NCBI RefSeq assembly: GCF_964355755.1
Contig: NC_092676.1
Span: 16,820,871-16,884,870 of the forward strand
Direction of reading: 5' to 3'
Source of the DNA: Antedon mediterranea
Taxonomy: Eukaryota > Animalia > Echinodermata
DNA length: 64,000 nt
The translations under genes were made by a program, and so were the position numbers. This document shows, in pieces, positions 12,518 through 25,800 of the stretch (its first letter is position 1; every line of letters begins with the position of its first letter). The notes under the pieces were generated by a model. That model had not been told where the DNA came from. It saw only the letters and a list, made by a program, of their open reading frames with translations, and did no database searches.

Positions 12518-15500
12518 CGGACCGACAGACAAACAGACCGACAGACAGACAGACCGACAGACAGACGGACCGACCGACATAGTGAACTATACTGACCGAA
12601 ATTACTGAACATGTTTAAAAATGTTGAAATGTTTAAAAACATTTATATTTTTTTAATTTACACGTGCGTAGCCTGTCACTTTTGACGTGCTCGTATAACG
12701 TAATTTCGAGTTGAAAAGTAAGTCAAGAAAACAGAAATCGGGCAAAAAGAGTGCGCAATAACATTGCAGTGCGCGCGCAAAAATCTGCGCACTCATGGCA
12801 ATTTTGTAAACGCTTAAAATTGCCTGAAACGTACTCTTATTTCATCGAAAATAAATTTTGAAAATGTTAAGCGCGCGTACGCATGCGTTACATGCGCTAC
12901 GCACGTAATTGTATTGCCATATGATGATTTATGCCCTGAAATTTATGAGTACCAAATTTTATTTAATTGTGATTCATGGTTGTTAAGATATGATTACAAA
13001 CGTGATTTCGTTAAATCGTGCGTAGACCGCGTAATTTTTTATTGCGCACCGTGAAAACATAACCACATCGATTCCTGGCCATAAGGAATATTCTGTGAAA
13101 AATTGACTTAGCTAGATTAAACTGATATCAAGATAAGGTCATAAAGCGATAAAACGCATAGTGATACCGGACCGACAGACAGACAGACAGACCGACAGAC
13201 AGACCGACCGACCGACATAGTGAACTATAAAGTCGCTTCCACGCGACTAAAAACACGGTGTTTATTGTTTGATATTCACTCCTTTAATATGAATAGTATA
13301 CTAGCGTTGTGTTGGTCTCTTTGATATGCGCAATGACTAAGTACTTGTGCGCATGTCTCGAAAGCACATGTGAATAAGTTTGCTTTTATTTACATTATAG
13401 GCCTATCTCAAAGAATAAATTGTATGAGGGGAAGGGGTGGTGTGAGAGGTCTGACGTGTTTATTAAGTAGGAACAATGTATTGGCAGATTCTGTTAAAAT
13501 TAATTACCAATAATTATACTTGTTGGTAGATAATAATAAGACAATGATAATAATAAATCAAATTTAATACCAAATGTCGTCTGGTGGTGATACTATATTT
13601 AGATTATTTGCAAACAATAATGAACAATATACCACAAATAAAATTCATGACAAGAATGCAAATTGACACGTAATTCATTAAAGCTGGCTACTAATTGCTT
13701 TTAGTCGTTCTTCATTGTGTATAATTTATTCAAAATTGTCGTCTTTTTGTTTCAAGGTGTTGAGGTAACCTTTGTCAGAATAATGCGTTGATCGCGTTTG
13801 TTTAAAAAAAATATCGGTAAACATTTAAATATTATTATAACCTTTGAGTGTGTTTATGATAATATCTTGTTTAAATATAAATAATATGTTCTGTATGTCA
13901 TTTATTTATGTTCAATTTACATCTAGAATTGTATTTATTCGGTGTAAGATATTTATATACAATATATCTGAAGACGAACCTTTACCAAATTATGAAATCG
14001 TTAACGTAAATTAACAAATTGAAATTCAAAACATTGCTTGTTGGTGTATCCTTGCTACAATCTGATAATAATAGTTTCCTCGCTTTTATATTCGAGCAAT
14101 ACACGGAAATAAACTGCATTATGTTTTAATAATACACCCAAAAACGTACACGCTTGCATGGTATTACTTCCGTACGTTGTTAATAAATGTAAAATACAGA
14201 CAAAAAAGTGGATATTATTCTATTTATGTTATTTTGTCTATAATTCATAAATCTGGAAACTGGCCTACCTAAGCGTAGGCCTATATACTCACTATCTAAT
14301 CGTTCCTCCATGATCGTATTGAAAATTGAGGTAATAATATAAGGAAATCATCTGGAATGAGATACGTATGTCTAAGCTATCCATAAAAATAAAACATAGC
14401 CCTACCTGTTTGCTCTGTATTGACATTAATCGTCGTGTAATAAATGTTACGTATAGCCCCAACATCCATACCTGGCTGGTTAAAAAAGATATTCGAATAT
14501 TTAATCAGAATTGCTTATTCAAAAACAATCCGTAGCGCCTCTGTGTATTACTATCACGTGAATATTATATCAACGATGCCACAATTCACATAATGAACGC
14601 GTATACGATCGATGTACACGGTGAACAGAAAGAATATAATTAAATACCTTAAGACTAATTATATCCGGTTCACGACAAGTGGAGGCCACAAAACTATCTC
14701 CCGAATATCGACCAGAAATATAAATAATATTTATCTGAACAGAAATATCAGTCATCGGCGTGTGATCCGTCATTCAGACAATTCAATTTTGCGTAAATTG
14801 CATGGCATCGATTACGTACTTAACAATACGTATACCATGGCAAATTCAATTCATATTTAACATAATAACTCCTTGACTAAATGCAGCGATGCTTAAAACG
14901 TCTTGAACACACTGTAACCCGTTGGCTATGCTGTAGTTTTAACGATGTTTCGAAGTCATACACAATAATTTATGGATACAGAAGCTAGCGTTGGTAAAAA
15001 CCTTTATGTATTCATAATATAAATGCGCACAATATCAACTAAGTTACATTACGGACGTAAATGTGGATTTCAAAACATTATGCTCCATGATGGTATAGGT
15101 ACAGCGGCTGGTACGTGATATCTATTGGGAAATGTAATGTAAATCTGAAAAATATAGACCAGGTTGAACACAGAATTCCAACAATCCAAAGTAGGAAACA
15201 ACGGTGATTACGCATGCTCAGTAATAAAAAAAAAAGCGTACATTAAAAATAAAAATCTGCACATGAATGAGTCATCGCTGAGTTCTGGCGAATAACATCA
15301 TCATTAATCATGTGTTGAAGAAGAAAGTACATGCTTATTGTACTATGTCATAGATTCGGAACTACATTTGTATAGCCTATTAAACAAAAACCATTTCTAC
15401 ACTTTTCTTTGGTCATGATATAAATATTCTTGACCGTACCCGTGTTTTAATGTGCAATTGTAATCAATTAATCCGCCACGTCTAGAACTAGATCGAATGT

Positions 15501-17397
15501 CAAACCCTAGGTCTTTGAGAAAGACTAGATTTGAGTTGTCATTTGTCACTGATTTTCTTGCAAACAAACAAAGAAGCGAAAGACAAAATACCGATTGGCA
15601 ACCGTAAATCAGAAATAAGGTTATGTTTCGTAAACGATTATAACGTCCAAATTAATTACAAATGACGTCACTGTTAATTTGAACCGTTATTCTAACCGAT
15701 AAACCGAATAATATCAATACGTCAAGACGACAACATAGTGAAGTTGAATCATCACTTCTAACAGCATGCGTTCATACACATAAACAGCTATTAGTTATCA
15801 ATAGGTTTTCCTGTTTATAAACATAACCTAATTACTTTTACGCCTGATGAATTTGTCAACATTTCGTTCATTTTTCATGCAATGCAAATAATATGTACAT
15901 GATAATTAACGTGTAAATAATTGTCAACCGGTATTGAGGAAGTTCACAAGTTGAAAAAAGTATAATTGTATTAATTTTCTTGTTGAGTTATACTATATGT
16001 ATATTATTGATGTCCTCCATGATATAATTAAGGTTCCACCAGGAAAGAGTAAACAATTTGTTAATCGGGGCCGGGTGTGTGTGCAGGGGTGGGGAAATGG
16101 GTTTCTAAACAAAATAATGTATATCAAGCTATAAATAGCGTTTTTACAAAACAATTTGGGCATTGGAATCTACTGTAGGCCTATATGTAAACAATGGGCA
16201 ATGAAGTTGTCACTGCAATTATGGGCATGTCGGGTACTTTCCAGGCCAATTCATTTTCGTTTTTCGCTAAGGTCGTGAGTAGAGCCTTTTCGTTAAAATC
16301 CCGCAATGATTCGACTTAATTGGTAAAATAAAAAACATGTTGAAATACATGGCGTTCCATACGTATAATACTTGAGCTAGAATCATCGTCTAGGCAAACA
16401 CAGCAATGTCACGTGTTTTGAATTTATAGCGCATACAATTATCCGATTGACTAGTAGTCGCATTTGATTGGATAATCACTCGAAAATATTTTAATATGCA
16501 TGTTTAAAAATGTCTAAAATTCATCAACTAAGATGATGCGCATAATTATTATTCTATTGTTTATGGCTGTATGCTTTTGAATGTTTTAAAGAAGAAAATC
16601 GTCGAATATATACATATCATCTTTGGTCAGTCGCTTCACTTAAATTCTAACGTTATTTCTAATCAATCGATCGATTAAATAAACACGCAAGGAATGAATT
16701 CGAAATGTTGATATAAGCAAAGGTTATGAGTTTGCATTTGTTTAGGGGCGGTACAGATATCAATTAAATAATTTCAATTGCATTCTTGAAAGAGTTCATT
16801 CTGGTGGTCATGATGAGCCAATAATGATGATTTTTTGTTCTTCTTTTTTGTGGTTTAACTTATCTTATACGATATAACAAAATACATTGATTGAATCGAT
16901 GTTGAACCTTATATATTTTACAAATCATTTGAATATGTAATTTCTAATTAATTATAATCAACTATTAATCATAATTTAACGGGATTATTTTGAATTATGC
17001 TTGTCAAAATGGTAGCATCTTATAACATCGTTCAATCGCTTAAATATTATTGATTCACAATTATAATTATTATTGACTTTGTCGTCACTTAGAAAATCAT
17101 CAACTACTTGTTTGAACGCGCTTCAATGATCAATATTCATATCGCTCACTTAACAGTGTGAATAATGCGTTCGATTTTACAAATGTAAGTAATTTAATTT
17201 GTTTTATAAATAATAATGTGTTGTAATTACATAAATATACAACAATAAGTAAGTACTTTATGTATTATAATTAAAATAGACTCAGATTGTGTAAAAAAAT
17301 TAAATTAGAATATTCAAACACAAAGTTTATAAAATGTCAATTACTCGTAATATAGATCTGGAGCGTTGATTATTCGCAAGCGCGGTTTTGTTAGCGT

Positions 17398-17533
17398 ATT
17401 CATTCATTCATTTCATTTATTTACACAAAGCAAAATTCAAAATATGTTAACAAAATATGAATCAAATTAATAGTTACCTTGTATCTGGAGAAACTAAAAT
17501 AAGCTCAGGGAGCTTTAAGAAAGGTTCCACCAG
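17398..17533 (-). mobile_element. Possible 3' tail of an L2/CR1-type LINE or SINE
   Basis: On the minus strand a short stem-loop (AAGCTC..GAGCTT) is followed by AATAAA and a (TGAA)n tail. Confidence 0.4.
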
Positions 17534-18410
17534 GAAAAAGTTTTTATAAAAAATTCGGATCAAATGTTCATAGACAGAGACAAACAGAGGTTACAGCCGG
17601 TACATACACTACGCAAGTATGGACGAAGACAGACAAACATACAAATAAATAAGGGTAAAAGAGTATCATCAGTCTTCGATGATGTAATACGGAAATCATG
17701 GTGAATGTTTCTATTTTTATGCTGGCTGACGGGCTATATCGTATGTGTTTCACCCCTACCACCATTGTGTTACCTGCTCTGTTTATTCTAATTTAGGCCT
17801 AAATGGGAGGTGGAAATACGCTCAAGTTTCATGATTATCAATTGCTTTCTGAGTAGGCCCTATTTCTGTTTGTATTATCCAATTTTATTTATTTTGCATT
17901 ATCATTACTTAAATAACAATCTTTATTTGTTTTCATCACTGCTGCATACAAAACATAGATTCTTCCACTTTTAGTATCTGTTCTAACTTTTATTTTACTT
18001 CATACTTTATTCCAGAACAAATCAAATATAATAGATGACGTCTATTCCTTGATTGTTTGATGTGATATAATTGTACATATTCTTGTCTGAAGGCAATATA
18101 GCACTTTCTTTCATTTGTATGCACAGTCAGACTACAAGTCGACTTACGTAATATTAAATGCCCTATAATTTGCATATGAACGGCGCAGGTGTTGTTTTAA
18201 TGCCATTAATCATTTCGATTTAAGCATTGATGTATAACTTTGTTTAGTACAGTTAACTCTCCCAAAGTAAACTTTGATATGAAATATAATATGAAATAAT
18301 ATGAAATTTTGAAATACTGAACAATAAAACCTTTTATTACCTGTCAACAAAAAGCTTAGTAGTCTAATAAAATGACAACCGTATTAATGAGATGAAAATC
18401 AATAGGCCTA

Positions 18411-18546
18411 CCGTAAATCCTCGAAACGATGCCCGCGGACTTCTTCTTTTTTTTTTCTTGGGTGGGTTTCTTTTCGAGATGGGTTTCTTATTTTTATTTT
18501 TTTTCGAGATTAATTTTGTAAACTACTTCTTTTCGAGGTTTTACGG
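18411..18546. mobile_element. Tc1/mariner-pogo-type MITE
   Basis: TA|CCGTAAATCCTCGAAA ... TTTCGAGGTTTTACGG|TA, giving a TIR and a TA TSD. Confidence 0.7.
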
Positions 18547-19219
18547 TAAATTGTATTTGTTATTTTTGTAAAGTTCAGCCTGTACACCGGGGTTTGTCAT
18601 ATGATGTTAGTTGTTGTTATGTGGTTCTGTCTATTGATTGTTATTCCAATTCATGTTTCAATACATGACTACGGTCTAAAAGCTTCTAAATCTCACAATC
18701 TAATGGTCAGACGTGTTTTGGCCTAGGATACTAAAATTAGTGTAGTCAAACAATTTTGTTTTAACAAATCACATAACTTTTTAAATTGATCAATTTCATT
18801 TCAGACGTGACATATTATATTAAATCACTAATTAATAATGTTTATTATTTAATCTCTATCAATGTGAAGTTACTCTAAAACAAAAATACAAGCAAATAAA
18901 TAACACACTGTAAAATATAAAGAAAATAAACATCTAAACCGCTTTGAAATAATTGTGTAAATACGTGATTGTTACAGTATAGTACTGTAATGATGCATAC
19001 TGTTTAGCTTATATTATATAATTATTGCAAAGAACCTTGTGATGTGAAAAATAGTGATTTATATATCATGTATTAGCCTACCATGTAAATTTCGACACTA
19101 AGACAAAATTTAAAAACTGAAACAATAGGTTTTACGAGATAAACCGCACACTGTAAAATTAAAGCCAACATACTTGTTGTCTACATCAATTTGAATGTAC
19201 TGTCAATAATGATAATAGT

Positions 19220-19599
19220 GAGCTTTCGATTTGCAACCATACCACCTACGTAATGTTGAATTGTGTGCGTGTTCGTGTGTCCTCGCTTCTCATCTCGACA
19301 TAGGTTTGGTGTTTTTCTAGGTCCAGGCAACAAACGGCGACACATTAATTAGCCTGACCTCAGGTAATTGGTTGTGTCGTTGTTCACATGACATAGTACC
19401 CACTTACTAAACTATGCATTTCGATGTATTATTTTGTGATGTCTGTGTTCTACCCCATCCAAAAAAGGCATGTCTGTGATAACAAGCAGAAAGTTGTCAC
19501 CTGAACCTATGGAATCGAATAAATTGGCTCCGACAACGCTCCCATGTAGTAATTTCATAAGACCTCATAGGTCCAGGTCGTCGCAAACTCGAAGGCTTC
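19220..19599. mobile_element. Degenerate MITE (TIR GAGCTTTCGATTTG)
   Basis: Imperfect TIRs. A related shorter copy lies at 54171-54310. Confidence 0.5.
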
Positions 19600-19789
19600 T
19601 CAGTTTGGTTCTCATTACTAAAGAACGCAACAGAACGTGAACACTACGCAAGCGAGTAGACCAATTTTGCGCCCTATTCAACATCTAAGGACAAACGTAT
19701 TGATAAATAAACTCTATAAAATGTTTTTTTCTAAAATGATAAACAACTATATAATAGATAAATGTAATTATTATTATTTCAAATTCTTC

Positions 19790-19867
19790 CTACAAGTCCT
19801 CAATTTGTAGTTGCCTTTGTTTATTCTGGATTGTTTCCTCATAGGATGGAGGTGGTGAACGCATCAT
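19790..19867 (-). CDS. aGPCR terminal coding exon (MMRSPPPSYEETIQNKQRQLQIEDL*)
   Basis: ttcaatag acceptor, phase 0, TAG stop at 19792-19790. Confidence 0.7.
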   Translation of the reverse strand: MMRSPPPSYEETIQNKQRQLQIEDL

Positions 19868-22800
19868 CTATTGAAATGAAATCAAATTATGTTTACATTA
19901 TTAATTATTCAATTGCAAATCATTTCTATTATAATATACTGTATACAGTAATCAGGCACACACCATTATATTAAAAGTAAGCGTGGCCATTTTGGATACA
20001 TTTGACGTCCTAATACTGAGATTTTGAAACGACAACTATGTATTAAACTGATAATAAGCAGAATAAAAATTAGTAGGCTGTACTATGGTTGGCTTATTGT
20101 GCTTGGTTTTATACTAGTTCTCCCTCCTCTATACGATATTTCTGGATACCTTGCCTTACTGTTTTAACTTACCTCATCACATCGGGACTCAGTTTGTTTC
20201 ATGGCAAGCTTCTTCTTAGACATCTTTTTCACATTAGGCCGGTATCCAAACTGCAGTCGATATGGTACAATTTTGCCAAAGTCATCATAATACGTTTCTC
20301 CCTGGTACGATGGCATACCATTCTGTAGATAATAAGGTTTTGTTTAGTGACTACCAAGAAATTGCTGCATGCTTTAAGATATGAAGGAACTTTATGTAAC
20401 TATAATTATTTTAGAAGGTAAAAAATAAACACATAATATTAACACAATTTGCAAACCTACTCTTCAAATACCAATACAAACGTATAGCATAATGCACAAT
20501 TATAAAACAGTACTTTGAAAACTCACTTCGGTATACATTGAGATCAATACCTAGATTAATTTCTCGTAATTGTTGTTAATGTTTGTGAGATTTTACTTTC
20601 TAAATAGTTTTAGTAGTTTAATATAATTATTCGAAACAACTAAAAAACAATCCATAAGGCCAAAACTTAACCTAACAAAGCTCACAATTCTTTTCCACAA
20701 CCAGTTGTCCTAAAGTACGGTATTGTATTCTAAAACTTTAGCATCTCAATTGTAATTTTAAATAAAAATTATTTTCCATTTGAATAAATTTCAGACTTAC
20801 AAGTGAACTAACAGAATCGGTTCTTTGTGTAGCCCAAGCGGCTTGTTTTACTACCGGCGAATTTTCTGCTCGTTTGGTCTTCCATGCCTTTTGAATCTGT
20901 CAAGACAATTGCAAAGACTTGAAACGTTGATGAAATATATGTTTTCAGTGAATCTAATACGTTCTAATTTAATACGGTATCTACACAAAGACTCTTGACA
21001 TTATGGAGAATATTATGAAAAAAAATGGAAATATTTTTAGAATGAAATTACTTACTTACTGAAATCCCAAAGTTGTAGAAAACCCCCCAGAAATACTTAG
21101 AAAACAACGACATGTTTTGAATGTTCGGACATGACTTATTATTATTTCTTAGTGGACTGAATACTTCTCTCTGTCTACACTATCAAATTTTATGTGACAA
21201 AAAATGTGATGTGCCCTTGGACATAATTAAGTCATATCACTACCATATTTGGGAACATCACACTTGTTTTGACAAACTAGTTTGATAGTGTAGACAGAGC
21301 GTTAGTTCTCGTAAATATTAACTTTTACGAACCATCTTATAAATCAGTATCATACATTATATCAGTTGCTGACTATTGTCGAAAGTTTTGAAAATAAGAA
21401 ATGAAAGCTATAATATTCTTTTTAATTTTTATAATATATTGTATTAATGCAATTTGCTTAGATAATAATGTTTTAGTCTCTTCACCTCGTTACTTGTAAA
21501 GCAATATACTGCAATAGCAAGTCCTTGGAATGAGGCGAAGATCACAAACAGGTAGGTGAACACTTTAATGAAAGGACCAACAGCAGCCACGCCAAATATC
21601 CATGTCATACCAAGAATAGGTACTACCAGTATTGACTTTCGTGTATTCTTCCTGTAAATATTTATTTAAAAAGAATATTACTACAATAAAACTATTATAA
21701 GATTACTATTTGATTGGGTGATTTTGTAATACTTAGAATTTTTAATTTCCTTTTATTAATCGCTAAAATTGAGATCACGAGGTCGGGAAGCCATGGCATT
21801 TATAGGCCAGGTACGGGCAAAAAATTTCAATTGATCATACATTCCAATAATTATCGATTATTAGTTTCCCCTATGTTTCATAATTTTTGGGATTTTATTT
21901 GTGTTACACGAGCTTGTTGAAAATAAGCACTTTCTTATCTTTCTTATCAGTGAGGGGATAGTTCAAATTACACAGTAAAATGTCTATTCTTTTGTCAACA
22001 AATTTTGTAAATAGAGAGGCATTTTAAAAAGCTATGAAAAATAAACGTTGTGGTAAAAAATGTTATCAGATGACTAAATATAGGTAATATAACTTGAATA
22101 TTACATTTCTGATATTTTTATTCAACTTCAGATTTTTATTTTCATGCTATAGCAAAAATTATCCACCGTATATCCACCATCTTTTTTTACCGTCTAGGGA
22201 GTCACCAGACATGTTATTACATTAGGTTAACTACCTAACTACTGAAAAAAAGTCTTCCTGGTTTTTATGGAAGAATTTTGCCAAATTTTGTATTTGACCA
22301 TATTAAGGGAAATTCATGTTTTTTCGTCTTGATTTCTGTTACAAATATTTGATTTATGTACAATTAACCAAATATTATATTTAAAATTCATGCCTGTACC
22401 TGAGCTTTAAAAAAGCAGTGCTCCGACGTTGAACGCGGAATTATAACCAGTTGTTTTTTTCAATGTTTGTCCTTTTTATTTTTAAGCTAGCATATCACAA
22501 GCTTTTGCTTTATTGATCTTTTGCCCTGTTCTTTTCTTACGTAATTGCATGTATTGCTATATACTCTACTTATTAAAGAAGAAACTAATTGTTTAAATGG
22601 TATAGGTTGATTTTCGAACGCGGATCAGTAAACAACATCGCATGGCAAACATTATCAAAATGTATACAAAAAGCAGAACGTGAGCCTATTAATTATCATC
22701 AGTAGATCTCTTTACCCTTAGGTAGAAATAATATTCGTAATTGACCAATACAATTGCAAGAATACAATTAGGTATATAAATAAATAATGGATGTTTTGTA

Positions 22801-25800
22801 TTTGCTAAATAGCAAGAATAGTTTCTTTATACGCTGTTAAAAAATTATCCTTATTAGAAAGTTATGGTAGTTTTTTAAACATAGTTTGATGTCGCCATCA
22901 ATCACCAATATAATTTTAAAGGAAATGAAATATGAAGTCTATTTTAATGTTCGGATCTTTTAAATAGTTTTAAAAAGTAGTGACGTGTTCATACTTGACG
23001 CGGTCGTACGTGCTTCCAACTTCTTTAGCAGCTTTGATGATGATACGTACAACAAGCAGGAGCAAAACCACATTTATCTATAAAATAAAGATGTTTTGCT
23101 GTAATGTTGTCCATTATACGAGAAATTAAAAAAAAAAAGACAGAGAGTTGGGGTATTACAGGATTACAAGATGTTTCGGTTGAAGGCGTCTTTGCCTGTT
23201 AACCGCTCTGAAAACACACATAACTGGAAAATAAGGAGGGGGTGAACTGTATTATGACTAATGCTTAAATTGGGTTGCAAAATTGTGAAAATATTTAAAT
23301 GAGTTTTGTATGGTTTTGCGATGTGTCCAATCTGTTTTTGAAACTATTTATGGACTGAACATTGACAACCTCTTTGGACAATCTAGTCTATTTATTAATA
23401 TTGCTCTTGTAAAGAAAATGTCCTTGCTCTAGAAAAAAATGGTTTATAGATGTTGTAGTTGTGTACACTCGTGGTTGTAGTAAATGTTTTAATTTCAAAC
23501 AAGCTTTCGTCTGCATAGTGACCATTAATGAAACAAGAATTGAAACTCATATTCAATTTCCAAGTGCCATTTTGCGAAAAAGTACATTACCTTCTATTGT
23601 AAACTAGACAATAAAAATATATATAATTCACCCATTCAAAGTAATGCTAAAAAATTAGTTTTCACTTTTTGCCGTTTTTCTAGCAGCGCTTAATTCTATA
23701 TAAAAAAAAAAAAAAACTTACAAAAATGATAACAAGGACAGGAATCACGAAAGTCCATATCAGTCCATTGTCTTGACTCAACCAACAACTGTATGGATAC
23801 AAAATACAACTGAGCTTAATAATGCAGTAAGCATTGACTTAAATCGCATGTGCAATTAAAAAACATATAAGGAATAGATAAAAGCAACAATGGAATTTTT
23901 CAATGTCTTACATTATATAAAATATTATTAACTTGAAAAAGAACACACACACCAGTATTCCCAAGCAAAGACTAAAATAAACTCGTTTCAGATCTTTTTT
24001 TGGTGTATTTTAGGAAATTGCTGTCATTATGTTTGTTGAGCTCGTTTTAAAACCCACCAATAAATATAAATAGTTTACTAACCCTTTTCAAATTAAAACA
24101 AAGCATTACAGAAAGTGACTTAAAACATGTTCATGTTGTATTTATTTGATATTGCTGTAAATGAACATCCAGTAGATTGTGTTGTTCCGAAATGTAATCT
24201 TTAATCTCTTCAATAAAATTAATAGTTCATAGTATAGGCATAATAATAATAATCACACAACTCTTTGCAGACATACCTGTCTTCTGTTCCATAATCACTG
24301 GAACGCATTATAAAACAGACAATGACGTAGACAGCAGGTATTGCCCAACCGGTCAAGTTATACTGCCGAGCACTTGTCGAGTTTTCACCAAAAACCAACC
24401 AAAGACGGCGATAGAGATACAATCCTTCATTGAACATCCACATAAACATAGCGATGAAAAGAAACTGGAGAACGAATGCCACTATTTTACACAAAATCTA
24501 TTGTTGAGAACAAGAAAGTTCATGAGCATTATTTATAGTAGTGCAAACAATGACTTCAGAACAATCTTTGTTATTTTATTCGAAATTTGTTTAAATGTTT
24601 ATGTTTAAAGATAAATTAAAAAATATATTGTTGAATATGCAATTTTGATGTCACTAATAGTTATTAACTTTAACTAAAATTGGATTGAAAACAAATTACT
24701 TACAATTGTAATTTAAAGAAAAAATAGATTGTCTCTCAGGCATTGGGTATTTGGTTAAATATAACAGTTTATAATGTCTTTTTATAAGTGAAACTTTTAT
24801 TTTTGTTATTTTGTTTCTACGGAAGATAATTATCAAAACTACATAATCTTGAAAGTCTGATTTTATTAATCCTTATTTTCATGTTGTTGTTTTTTTTTGG
24901 GTGGGGGACAAAACATTCTTTACTCACAGTGATTTATTGATGGAATGTTTTTTTTTAAATTTTATATCTTATTCTTTATATTTATCGTTCACTTATTGTA
25001 GCACACTAAAAACTGCTAGAATCTTTAAAGAATATAAAGTATAATGCGAATTAAGATGACGTACCATCGACTCAGTTCTGTCAACACCCGCAAGGAATAC
25101 ACTCTGTCCTAGTGCCAAAGTAATCATTAGATTCTTCATTATTAACACGTGGTCTGATTTTTCCAACTCTCTGCGTAGAAGGTTAAAGCGAATACATTAT
25201 CGTCCTGAGTTACTCTTATTATTGCCTTAATACCTTAATCAACCGGAGCTCATTATCTTGCTGTTAGATTGTCTTAGTATATAGCCATCATCCAAATCAT
25301 TATCATCACTATCTTCATATTAATTACCATCTTTTAAGTAATCTTCATTATCATCCTTATTATCAACATTATTTGAACATTTTGATCATTTCATATACGC
25401 AGAACAGAATTAATGATGATTCTCATAAGCATACCAGTGTCTGTCATCAATCATTGTGACAATGACAATACTAAATCACAATGCCATACTTACGTTAAAT
25501 AGTATACCAGGCCAATCACAAACGTAAGTGACAATATTGAAAGAGCGCCTCCTGCGTAGCTGATGACTGTTAGGATTGTGTCATGAATTGTACTTATCTG
25601 TGAACATTTATGTAGTAAAATATATAATATATTAAAATAAATACTGTAAGATATAAACCCATTGGTGGTGTCACACACCAATCGGATTTTGTGATGTAGT
25701 AATGTTCGGTACTACCGTTATCGTTAGTCCCTCAATTTATTACAGTCACATCAATATTGTATTACACTATAGGCCTACTAATAATAAAATGAAAGCGACC

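Larger units (their letters stand above)
8856..13253 (-). mobile_element. Helentron-associated non-autonomous element (HINE/DINE-1-like), interrupted by the LTR element
   Basis: 8856-8908 joined to 12523-13253 matches the intact reverse-complement copy at 62561-63374. It has subterminal inverted repeats AGTCGCGTG, a GTCY/GACA microsatellite, a terminal palindrome and T-rich insertion ends. Confidence 0.75.

Noticed and set aside
21803-22409. Possible Kolobok-like MITE (CAGGTACGGGCA / TGCCTGTACCTG)
   Set aside because: The inverted match is short and the left TTAA is not intact, so it is too degenerate to call.
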